From Oceanispirochaeta sp. (GTDB lineage Bacteria; Spirochaetota; Spirochaetia; DSM-2461), in NCBI GenBank assembly GCA_963663385.2, contig CAXXXD010000004.1, positions 64,001 through 128,000 of the forward strand: a stretch of 64,000 nt of DNA, given 5' to 3'. Positions 38,707 through 47,208 of this stretch are shown in pieces. The notes beneath the pieces were generated by a model, which was given only the letters and a program-made list of their open reading frames with translations, was not told the DNA's origin and did no database searches. Each line of letters opens with the position of its first letter. Positions within the stretch are counted from its first letter, which is position 1. A program made the translations under genes and the position numbers.

Positions 38707-39735
38707 TTATCTATACCCCAGTTCCTTTTCTACATTCTCAACAGCAGAAAGAGCTTCATTGACCCACCTTGGTCCTATGTTCCTGTTTTCTTTAAGATAG
38801 TTTATGGCCGAAGGCTGAGTTGCTCTTCTGAATTGATTCTTTTCAGCAATGGACGGTTTATATACTTTAACTCCATAGTCTTTTAGCTTTTGAAGTCCAA
38901 TGAACTCCTCAACCACAGATGTGCCTCTCTCCGCTACAGTCGCGACTTCTATAGAGTTCTGTATTACAGTCTTCAAATCATCGGGAAGTTTATTATACCA
39001 TTCTTCATTAAAGACCAGTTGCAAGGTTGAATAAACATGGCCATCCAGAACCATATATTTCTGAACTTCTTCCAGTTTGGGAACGAGAAAGGTGGAAACA
39101 GAGTTTTCCTGTCCGTCAACAACACCTGTCTGCAAGGAAGTATACAGTTCGCTCCATGAGATCGGAGTGGGAGAAGCTCCAAGATCTTTGACAATTTGCA
39201 TATGAAGAGGGACATTCATTGTTCTTATTTTCAAGCCTTTCATATCAGAAGGGCTATGAATCTCCTTTTTGTCATTCGAGAAATTCCTGAACCCTCCGCT
39301 TTCTGTCCATCTAAAAACACGAAGTCCTGTCTTTTTCGCCATGTCATCAGATAGTTTTTGACCCAAAGGTCCATCCAATACCTGCCATGCAACTTCTCTG
39401 TCTGCAAAAAGGTAGGGAATAGATAGAACTTGCAGAGGAGCATAAATAGAACCTATTACTCCATCATTCTGCAGAGAGACCTGGATAATACCCCTTCTGG
39501 TTTGGGCCAGCATGGATTCCCCGTTTCCCAACTGACGATTTGGATAGTATTCTACCTGGATTCTTCCATTGGATCGGGCCTCAACCTCTCTGATAAATGT
39601 TTCAACCATTACCCCGCCGTGATGGTTCCAGCTATTAGCTGGATCCTCTGTCCCCACTTTCATTGTGTAGGTTTCGGAAAAAGCCATAACAGAGACCAGC
39701 ATAAATACTGCTGCAAACAATACAAATCTTTTCAT
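38707..39735 (-). CDS. dctP: TRAP transporter substrate-binding protein
   Basis: SNGRIQVEYYPNRQLG, DMKGLKIRTM, LGASPTPISWSELYTSLQTGVVDGQEN. Confidence 0.95.
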   Translation of the reverse strand: MKRFVLFAAVFMLVSVMAFSETYTMKVGTEDPANSWNHHGGVMVETFIREVEARSNGRIQVEYYPNRQLGNGESMLAQTRRGIIQVSLQNDGVIGSIYAPLQVLSIPYLFADREVAWQVLDGPLGQKLSDDMAKKTGLRVFRWTESGGFRNFSNDKKEIHSPSDMKGLKIRTMNVPLHMQIVKDLGASPTPISWSELYTSLQTGVVDGQENSVSTFLVPKLEEVQKYMVLDGHVYSTLQLVFNEEWYNKLPDDLKTVIQNSIEVATVAERGTSVVEEFIGLQKLKDYGVKVYKPSIAEKNQFRRATQPSAINYLKENRNIGPRWVNEALSAVENVEKELGYR

Positions 39736-39788
39736 AATATTCTCCTTTATCTCAATTTGATACGGTTATTTATTAATCCTCCGGGAAA

Positions 39789-40964
39789 TTATTCCACTGA
39801 GGTCTTAATACAATTTGTCAGGGCATAATCCGAGAATTCATTGCCAAGACCCGGCAGATCAGGTATTTGTATACATCCATTCTCAGGTTGATAATCATAA
39901 ATACAAAGGCGTTTGTTGTGTTCTGTCAGACATATCTGATGATGTTCATGAATGACAAAATTGGGAATGACTGCCTCCAGATGGAGGGCTGCCGCAGTTG
40001 ACAACGGGCTGGCACAAACATGGGCCTGGACATTTACGTCGTACACATAAGCCATATCACAGATCTTCTTCCCTTCTGTAATACCGCCGCAATTTCCAAG
40101 ATCAGGCTGAATTACCTGGACCGACATATTCTCGAAATAGGGTGCGAACTGCCATCGGCTGTAGATTCTTTCTCCATGTGCAATGGGAATATTTACCTTG
40201 TTGCAGATGAATTCGGCCATTTTAGGCGTTGGAGTATTGGGCTCTTCAAAATAGAAGATCTGATACTTCTCTGCCATTTGTCCAAGCTGTACGGCTGTTT
40301 GGGCATCGAGGAACGAGTGATTTTCCATAATAATATCAACGTCAGGCCCAATGGCTTCCCGAACAGCGGCCAATCTTTCTTCTACCAGCATGACGGTATT
40401 GGGAGCCAGCAATCTTGTTGTATGTTCTTCATTCAGGAGTGAACAATCACGGGCAAAAGTGAAGAAATCGATCTTAATGGCATCATACCCTTCTGCAACA
40501 GCTTTTTTGGCTGCAGTAGCATAGTCTTCTTTTTTTCCCAGGTTTAACTTAACAGGCCCCCAGCCGAATTGAAGCTGACTTGCGTAGCAGCGAAGAGAAT
40601 CACGACGTTTTCCGCCCAGCAGGCTGTGCACGGGAACATTGAAATATTTTCCTTTAATATCCCAGAGTGCGATATCAAGGGCGCTGATTCCAGCAAAAAC
40701 GACGGGCCCTCCGTTCTGACCCCAAAAAGATCTTTTATACATTTTATCCCAGATAACTTCATTATCGAGGGGGTTCATTCCAATTATCATGGAAGCCAGA
40801 TCTTTCACCATACCGAATGCGGCCGGAGCTCCGATCCCGTATGCCATGGCCGCTTCTCCATCACCATAAATACCTTCATCTGTAAAAATCCGACAGATGA
40901 CAGGTCGCCAGGTCAGATCCTCTGGACACTCTACCTGCATTACATCAATTTTAGTAATCTTCAT
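39789..40964 (-). CDS. Mandelate racemase/muconate-lactonizing (enolase superfamily) enzyme, probable acid-sugar dehydratase
   Basis: TDEGIYGDGE, ISALDIALWDIKGK, AIKID, YFEEP, IAHGER, IQPDLGNCGGITE, QAHVC, PGLG. Confidence 0.9.
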   Translation of the reverse strand: MKITKIDVMQVECPEDLTWRPVICRIFTDEGIYGDGEAAMAYGIGAPAAFGMVKDLASMIIGMNPLDNEVIWDKMYKRSFWGQNGGPVVFAGISALDIALWDIKGKYFNVPVHSLLGGKRRDSLRCYASQLQFGWGPVKLNLGKKEDYATAAKKAVAEGYDAIKIDFFTFARDCSLLNEEHTTRLLAPNTVMLVEERLAAVREAIGPDVDIIMENHSFLDAQTAVQLGQMAEKYQIFYFEEPNTPTPKMAEFICNKVNIPIAHGERIYSRWQFAPYFENMSVQVIQPDLGNCGGITEGKKICDMAYVYDVNVQAHVCASPLSTAAALHLEAVIPNFVIHEHHQICLTEHNKRLCIYDYQPENGCIQIPDLPGLGNEFSDYALTNCIKTSVE

Positions 40965-41001
40965 AATTTCTCCTCAAAGAAAATAAAGCCCCTATCATTT
41001 T

Positions 41002-42177
41002 TCATTTCATTAAAAAACCAAAATCCCCCGCTTTGCCTACTTCTGCCCGGGATGAAAATTCGCTTAAAGTCTCAACCAGGCCGGTTACTTTATTCTTGCC
41101 TTCAATAATTTCAACAGCATGACGGAATTTTACTTCGCTGTAAGGCAAAATTGTCGACACTCTTCCTTGTGTTCGTTCAAAAGCTCTGTTATTGGGCAAG
41201 TCTGTGCAGGGATTCAAACCGGCTACATAACCGTCCGTTTCCGATGCCGTTCTTTTCCACAAAATAGAATACGGCAGTGTGGAAGGATCAAAAGTCACAT
41301 GAACTGCCAGATCCTGACTGGCGTTAGTTAACAGCTGATGGGCGTTGCCTTCTTCATCTGCCAGGGCTTTGCATAGATAAACCTGTTCGATGAATCCGGC
41401 AGAAGGCCCCTGAAGCACGGCGATTTTTTCCGGATCGGTTGTTCCGAATTCGTCTCTGGGGACAAGTCGGGAATAACTGCCGTAGTACCGTGAACCCTCT
41501 TCAAGAAAAGGTTTTCCGAAATTGGTGTGATACAGTATTTCATATTCCCCCGATTCGGAACCCAGGTTGCAAAGGGTGTCTTCAATTGAAAATGAAGCGG
41601 AATCGGATGGAAGTGTTAAGCGGGTCTTCAGGATATAATTGACACCGAACACATTCTGTTCCGGTATTTCTCCCTCCAGTGTCATTTGTCCTTCATCATC
41701 AATCCGAAGAACAACCCTGGAGGCCGGTGTCCATCCAACCTTGCCGTGAAGAGGTAAAAAAACTTTACTTTTCCGGCCTTTATTGTCTGTAAGAACATCG
41801 TCACCCATCGCTCCAGACCACTCAATCCCGCAGCGGTTCAGCATTTCATTAAAACCATAATGACAGCCCCGGCCGCCCAGATCATAAAGGTTTATATATT
41901 GAGGATGGACAATTTCCTTTACAGGAGAGTTCCATCCCAGAAAGTGATGGCCTGCTTTCCCGTCAATAATGCCCATACCCCGGGTAGGGCAAACCCGCAG
42001 ACTGATCAAGCCATTTGAAATCTCTACTATTTCGACACCGGTCTGACGACCTGCTGTCAATGTTGTTTTTCTGCAGTATGCGGCATCACTTATTCCCAGA
42101 GATTTTCCGGATATTGAAAAATCTGATGTTGAAAATGAAGAAGCGCTATCGCTTATTATCCAGGTTGTTTCCATCAT
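41002..42177 (-). CDS. Aldose 1-epimerase-like protein (DUF4432 family)
   Basis: LTAGRQTGVEIVEI, PTRGMGI, GWNSPVKEIVHP, NRCGIEWSG, LHGKV, LYHTNFG.PFL. Confidence 0.8.
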   Translation of the reverse strand: MMETTWIISDSASSFSTSDFSISGKSLGISDAAYCRKTTLTAGRQTGVEIVEISNGLISLRVCPTRGMGIIDGKAGHHFLGWNSPVKEIVHPQYINLYDLGGRGCHYGFNEMLNRCGIEWSGAMGDDVLTDNKGRKSKVFLPLHGKVGWTPASRVVLRIDDEGQMTLEGEIPEQNVFGVNYILKTRLTLPSDSASFSIEDTLCNLGSESGEYEILYHTNFGKPFLEEGSRYYGSYSRLVPRDEFGTTDPEKIAVLQGPSAGFIEQVYLCKALADEEGNAHQLLTNASQDLAVHVTFDPSTLPYSILWKRTASETDGYVAGLNPCTDLPNNRAFERTQGRVSTILPYSEVKFRHAVEIIEGKNKVTGLVETLSEFSSRAEVGKAGDFGFLMK

Positions 42178-42187
42178 TTATTCCCTG

Positions 42188-43564
42188 TTATTTCAGGTAA
42201 CCCAGATATTCAGACTGAAGTGACATCATGACGTTAAGCGTCTTTTCTGCGGCAGAGACATTATCAATAACCGGATCAACGAGTAGGGCCTGAAGGGCCA
42301 AGCCTTTTGACCGGTTGAGGATGGCTTCTACTGTCAGTTCCGATACATAAACCTGATTATTCAGCAAACCGGCAAACCCGGTTGGGATCTTACCCAGTTT
42401 GTTTCCGTGAATCCCCCCGGCATCAATTGTTGCCGGAACCTCGACAACGGCATGAGACGGCATATTCTCGATAAAACCGTCATTCAGCATATTGACAGCC
42501 ATTTCAGAGTGCCCGGAATTTGTGACAATACCTTCAATAATAGGGATGTCCCGCCAGTACTCAATTTCCATGGGTCCTTTAATGCGGGATTCTGGCACTT
42601 GTTCCAGACACCATTTGCGGTAAAAAGTGTAAAAATCCAGAATGCCTTCGTGGTCGACCACCGAATAGGCCCAACTTATATACTCACCGAGATGGCTGTC
42701 CGTCGTTATGGGAAAAAGGCCGAACTTATCAAGAATGACTTTGAACAGCTCTCGTTCGGGCCATATTTTAATACGATCGTCTCTTCTTTCGTCGGTAGCG
42801 CCTTTTTCTGTCAGGGCTGACCTGAGCAGTTCTTTTGTAGCACCCAGATTTTCATAGGAACCTTCCGGAAGGGATTCAAAGTAGGCGGCAGCTTTCTCTC
42901 TGATCTCAGGATAGGCATCTTTTCCTGTATCTTTGTAGACGGCCTCAAGCAGTACGCTGAAATGATTTAAACCGCCTGCTTTCACAGATAGGTTATCCCA
43001 GGTTGTATTCAGTATTTCAGGTAGATGTTCCATAAGGGAAACCACTTCGTGGCAAAGCCCGATAGCCTTTAAATCAGGGAATTTTGTATTAATGGCCTTT
43101 GTAATACGAGTCATCGGATTGCTGAGATTGAATACCCAGGCATCAGGACAAATCCGGCTGATATCTTCGCAAATATCAAGAATGGGAGGAATGATTCTGA
43201 GTGAGTGGAAGAGTCCGCCGGCACCTCCGTTTTCCCCGTACACCTGATGAATGCCGTGCTGCTGTGGTATGTGCCAGTCCTGTTCCCACAATTCATAGCG
43301 GTTTCCCACTTCAATGGCAATTATACAGAAGTCGGCATTTTGCAAAGCTTCTTTTCTGGATGTTGTGGCTTCCAGAGTATATTTGAGAGAATTGTCATTC
43401 ATATAGCGTCTGGCTACATTTTCAACTTTTGATAATGCAGTTTCATTGATGTCATGCAGCATGATAGTAGAGCCTTCCAATGCTCTGCTCTTGAATATAT
43501 TTCCGACAGAACCAAGGCCGAACATGGCGCTGCCGGCTCCTATAAGAACGATTTTATTCGACAT
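42188..43564 (-). CDS. Family 4 glycoside hydrolase (NAD+/Mn2+-dependent, alpha-galactosidase-like)
   Basis: KIVLIGAGSAMF Rossmann motif, GENGGAGG, NLSNPM, GLCHEV, GLNHF, DSHLGEY; CAGGAG before ATG 43564. Confidence 0.9.
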   Translation of the reverse strand: MSNKIVLIGAGSAMFGLGSVGNIFKSRALEGSTIMLHDINETALSKVENVARRYMNDNSLKYTLEATTSRKEALQNADFCIIAIEVGNRYELWEQDWHIPQQHGIHQVYGENGGAGGLFHSLRIIPPILDICEDISRICPDAWVFNLSNPMTRITKAINTKFPDLKAIGLCHEVVSLMEHLPEILNTTWDNLSVKAGGLNHFSVLLEAVYKDTGKDAYPEIREKAAAYFESLPEGSYENLGATKELLRSALTEKGATDERRDDRIKIWPERELFKVILDKFGLFPITTDSHLGEYISWAYSVVDHEGILDFYTFYRKWCLEQVPESRIKGPMEIEYWRDIPIIEGIVTNSGHSEMAVNMLNDGFIENMPSHAVVEVPATIDAGGIHGNKLGKIPTGFAGLLNNQVYVSELTVEAILNRSKGLALQALLVDPVIDNVSAAEKTLNVMMSLQSEYLGYLK

Positions 43565-43624
43565 ATGAACTCCTGAAATACACATAGATAGTAATATCTA
43601 CTCGATTAAATATAAGGTTTATAC

Positions 43625-43644
43625 AGATGTTAGCGTTAACATCT
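43625..43644. promoter_or_regulatory. LacI-family operator (near-perfect palindrome)
   Basis: AGATGTTAGCGTTAACATCT with central CG, located between the divergent GH4 and LacI genes. Confidence 0.75.
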
Positions 43645-43780
43645 ATAATGTTAATAGTGGTTTGTTTAATTTGTCAATAGGGAATATAAAATTAAATAAA
43701 GCGGAATGGATTTATTTAATTTCTTTATATAAATAAGATAAAAGATATAATAAAAAAGTAAAAAGTGTTTTTCTAAAAAA

Positions 43781-43811
43781 TGTTAGCCTTAACAATGTGT
43801 TAGCCTTAACA
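43781..43811. promoter_or_regulatory. Tandem pair of operator-like sites upstream of the LacI gene
   Basis: TGTTAGCCTTAACA at 43781-43794 and again at 43798-43811; each has 1 mismatch to the 43628 core. Confidence 0.7.
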
Positions 43812-43839
43812 TTTGATTATCCTTTCAGTATAGGTTATT

Positions 43840-44874
43840 ATGTATACAATGCAGGAAAGGAGAGTAAGAGAAGTGTCCTCTCAACAAGATGTAGCAATTT
43901 TAGCCAATGTTTCTTTAATGACAGTATCAAGAGTTATTAATAATTCTCCCAGTGTGAAAGCATCTACAAGAAAAAAAGTATTAAAGGCAATAGATAAACT
44001 GGATTATGTTCCCAATGCTACGGCGAGAGCGTTAAACACAGGTAAAACTAGAAATATAGGTGTGATATTTCCTCATACAGAATATATTTTTTCACACCCG
44101 TTTTTTGTCGAACTGTCAATTGCTCTTGAAGAACAGTTAGGCAGAAGGGGGTATCATCTGTTTCTTGGAATGAACAGAACAGGTGAAGATAGTAAGCAAT
44201 CAACCAATCTACTCTCTGAGAAGAAAGTCGATGGTATTATTCTGATAGCTCCTGTTATGGAAGAACCTGTCATAGAGAAGCTGAAAAAAGCCAAACTGCC
44301 CTTTCTTTTATTAAATGGAAGAGGTGAAGATAATGAAGTCTTCGTCGATACGGATAATATTGAAGGCACTAAGCTTTTAATGAACCATCTTTTTAAACTC
44401 GGTCACAGGAAAATAGGTTTTGTAACAGGAAATATGTCTGAAAGAAATGCCAATGACAGATATTATACTTATATCAATGAGTTAAAAAACAGGGGTATCC
44501 CCTTTGATAATAAACTAATCTACCGGGGCGATTGGACAATTGAGTCAGGCTACAATGCCTTCAACACAATCATAGAAAGAAACAGCGATCCTACAGCTAT
44601 TCTTTTTTCCAATGACCAGATGGCTATAGGCGGTATCAGAGCCGCTTTTGAAAAAAATATATTTATTCCTGAAGATATATCGATCTGCGGGTATGATAAT
44701 ACGAAATATTCCCGGTTTTCCGTGCCCTCTCTGACAACAATACATCAACCTCTTACTACTCTGACAGAAAAAGCAACAGAACTGATAATAAAGCAAATTG
44801 AGGGTAACGTTTCTGAGGGGAATGTAATAATTTCTCCCGAATTGAAAATCAGACAGTCTACAAGGCAGTTGTAA
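43840..44874 (+). CDS. LacI-family transcriptional regulator
   Basis: QDVAILANVSLMTVSRVINN HTH, LDYVPNATARAL hinge, NDQMAIG, IPEDISICGYDN, PSLTTIHQP. Confidence 0.95.
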   Translation: MYTMQERRVREVSSQQDVAILANVSLMTVSRVINNSPSVKASTRKKVLKAIDKLDYVPNATARALNTGKTRNIGVIFPHTEYIFSHPFFVELSIALEEQLGRRGYHLFLGMNRTGEDSKQSTNLLSEKKVDGIILIAPVMEEPVIEKLKKAKLPFLLLNGRGEDNEVFVDTDNIEGTKLLMNHLFKLGHRKIGFVTGNMSERNANDRYYTYINELKNRGIPFDNKLIYRGDWTIESGYNAFNTIIERNSDPTAILFSNDQMAIGGIRAAFEKNIFIPEDISICGYDNTKYSRFSVPSLTTIHQPLTTLTEKATELIIKQIEGNVSEGNVIISPELKIRQSTRQL

Positions 44875-44957
44875 TCATTACTATAATGAATTGTTTCTAT
44901 TAAGAGGGAGCTTTTGTTGAACGGAGCAGCATATTTGCTCCGCAATATTGGCTTTAT

Positions 44958-45248
44958 TGAAATCCCCCTGTATTTTATGAATATTTTAGAAAAATGATGG
45001 CGGTCGCCGAATTCCAATGATTCGGCGATTGTCTCAATGGAATCTTCCCCGTGATCCAGGCGGATGCATGCGTCTTCAATACGGCGGTAGTTAATATACC
45101 GGCCCGGACTCTGTCCCGGTTTTCCTGTAAAGAATTTTTCAGTACGGCTCAGGGACAGGTTGGCTATTTCCGACAGGCTTTCGTTTCTGTGAGTGAAACG
45201 GGAGACCTTCTTCGATGGTATCCGGTACAATGGCAATTCTGTTCTCAT
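44958..45248 (-). pseudogene. C-terminal fragment of an AraC-family regulator
   Basis: Reads LSEIANLSLSR..GQSPGRYINYRRIEDACIRL..SIETIAESLEFGDRHHFSKIFIKYRGIS. There is no N-terminal domain and similarity stops before the usual final P-x-x-Y-R. Confidence 0.7.
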
Positions 45249-45286
45249 TTATGAAAAAAGTCTCTGTTTAAGAGCCCCGAAATATA

Positions 45287-45314
45287 TTGACACTCTCGGA
45301 TTTTCAGTTATATT
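45287..45314 (+). promoter_or_regulatory. Sigma-70-type promoter
   Basis: TTGACA (45287-45292), 16 nt spacer, TATATT (45309-45314); about 170 nt upstream of ATG 45484. Confidence 0.6.
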
Positions 45315-45483
45315 GGGAGCTAATATTTAACTGGCAGACTAAGGACCCTTAATGCTAACGGTGTCTGCTTATATCTTGATTTAATGAGGTGTAGGTAGTA
45401 AATGCAAGGTGTCCGGACTGCAGGGAATTCCCTCACCGGGACGTACTGGAATTCTGCCTTACCTTCTGTAAAAGGCAGAGTTT

Positions 45484-46509
45484 ATGAAAAAAGTAGAAAA
45501 AGGTTTTATCTTTACCAGTTCCGCGTATGTTCTGAAGAACAGTCAGGTCAGATATTACGATTCCATAGAGAAAAATCCGGTTGTAGGAGATGTGGTTTAT
45601 GGAGAAATCTGTCATATAGGCCAGCATTCCAGTCTGGAGAATAAATCCGGTCGAATCCATCAAATCCATAATGGCAGCCGGGCTCTTTTTGTCTTCGGTA
45701 ATCGATACGCTCCGGACTATTATGAGGCTTTTGTACCCGACAGTTTTGAGCCGGAAGTGGATCTTCATGCCCGCAGCGGATTAATCGGTACCGTAAAAAC
45801 AAAAAACTCCCTGATCAAGGATCCATCGAGGGTTAGAATCCTGGGGTATCTCTGTGACGAAAGCGGTAAGGTTATCAACACAAGAGATTATCCTCTGATT
45901 GTGCCCAGAAAAAAGGAAAAGGTGTTCCCCCGGTCAAAGATGATTCTTGTCTGCGGAACTGCCATGAATTCCGGAAAAAGCGTATCCGCCGCTTCTATCT
46001 GCTGGGCCCTGTCCAGGATGGGCCATACGGTCAAAGGATCCAAAATCACGGGAACCGCAAGCCTGAAAGATATTCTGCACATGAATGATGCGGGAGCCGA
46101 TTCATTTTCCGACTTCACATACCTTGGATATCCCACAACCTATATGCTTGATGAAAAAGAGATTGTGGAGGTGTTCAATCATATAGATCTTAAATACGCA
46201 AACAATCCGCAGAATTACTGGGTTGTGGAATTTGCCGACGGAATCAACCAGAGGGAAACGGAAATGCTGTTAATGCATCCCGATGTCAGGAAGAGAATAC
46301 ACAAGCTGGTTTTCTGTGCCAACGATGCTTTCGGTGCAATAGGAGGCGTAAAGTATCTAAAGGAAAAGATAGATCTTACGCCTGATCTGATTTCCGGAGT
46401 CTGTACAAGTTCACCTCTGCATATGCGGGAGCTGAGCAAAGTTACAGATATTCCTATTTTTGATAATATGAATATTAACATTGAAGAGATTAGAGAGAAA
46501 ATAGTCTGA
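45484..46509 (+). CDS. DUF1611-like P-loop NTPase-fold protein
   Basis: GDVVYGEI..IGQH..LE..SGR, FGNRYAPDYYEA, VCGTAMNSGKS (P-loop), KITGTA..KD, VVEFADGINQRET. Confidence 0.7.
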   Translation: MKKVEKGFIFTSSAYVLKNSQVRYYDSIEKNPVVGDVVYGEICHIGQHSSLENKSGRIHQIHNGSRALFVFGNRYAPDYYEAFVPDSFEPEVDLHARSGLIGTVKTKNSLIKDPSRVRILGYLCDESGKVINTRDYPLIVPRKKEKVFPRSKMILVCGTAMNSGKSVSAASICWALSRMGHTVKGSKITGTASLKDILHMNDAGADSFSDFTYLGYPTTYMLDEKEIVEVFNHIDLKYANNPQNYWVVEFADGINQRETEMLLMHPDVRKRIHKLVFCANDAFGAIGGVKYLKEKIDLTPDLISGVCTSSPLHMRELSKVTDIPIFDNMNINIEEIREKIV

Positions 46510-46511
46510 AA

Positions 46512-46997
46512 ATGGACACGATGCTGAAAGCGCCTGCTCTTTGCAGCAACCTTGAGCTTGAGCAGTTTAAAAAACTGCTATGTTTGCGTCCCGAGATTGA
46601 TTCCAGAACCATTGAAAGGAGAATCCTGAAGGCTCATACACTGGCTTTTGCTTATGTGGAATCCGTTCTTGTCGGCATCGGGGCTGTTAAATTCGCTAAA
46701 CCGGGTTTCCGTCGCAGAGTTCTGGAGGGACAGAAAGTCCGTCTTCTGGAGGAACTCCCCGACAGGGAACTGGGCTGGCTTTATGTAAAAGAGGATTTCA
46801 GGGGAAGGGGGATCGGATCGGTTCTTTCCTCCGATCTGATTGGAGTTCTGAAGAATAGTCAGGCATATGCATTGACGGATTCTGAAAATCCTGTGACGGG
46901 AAAAATGCTCAGTTCCGGAGGTTTTTTTCAATGCGGCGAGATTCTTCTGGCGAATCACCCGTCCTATTTCCTCTATTTAAAAGACAGCACCCCCTAA
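46512..46997 (+). CDS. GNAT-family N-acetyltransferase
   Basis: LVGIGAVK and ELGWLYVKEDFRGRGIGS (acetyl-CoA motif A); starts 2 nt after the DUF1611-like stop. Confidence 0.8.
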   Translation: MDTMLKAPALCSNLELEQFKKLLCLRPEIDSRTIERRILKAHTLAFAYVESVLVGIGAVKFAKPGFRRRVLEGQKVRLLEELPDRELGWLYVKEDFRGRGIGSVLSSDLIGVLKNSQAYALTDSENPVTGKMLSSGGFFQCGEILLANHPSYFLYLKDSTP

Positions 46998-47208
46998 TAG
47001 AAACAAGGATATTCAGGATTGTGGGCTATTCCGGAAATGTACTTCCTGCAGGGATGCATAACGGATGTTTGAACTGCCCCTGGTTTTCCGGCCTGAAAAG
47101 CGGATCCACAGGCATTTCAGGAGTAATAAGCAGTTAGCTGAATAAAAAACGACCCCATAAAAAAAAATGCCTCTTTTCAATTCAGCAGAAGTGATTTGAA
47201 ATTGTTTC

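Noticed and set aside
45330..45370. Assignment of the leader to the fluoride, ZTP, guanidine or c-di-GMP riboswitch classes
   Set aside because: The conserved core nucleotides of those classes were not matched by eye; it is kept only as an unclassified structured leader.
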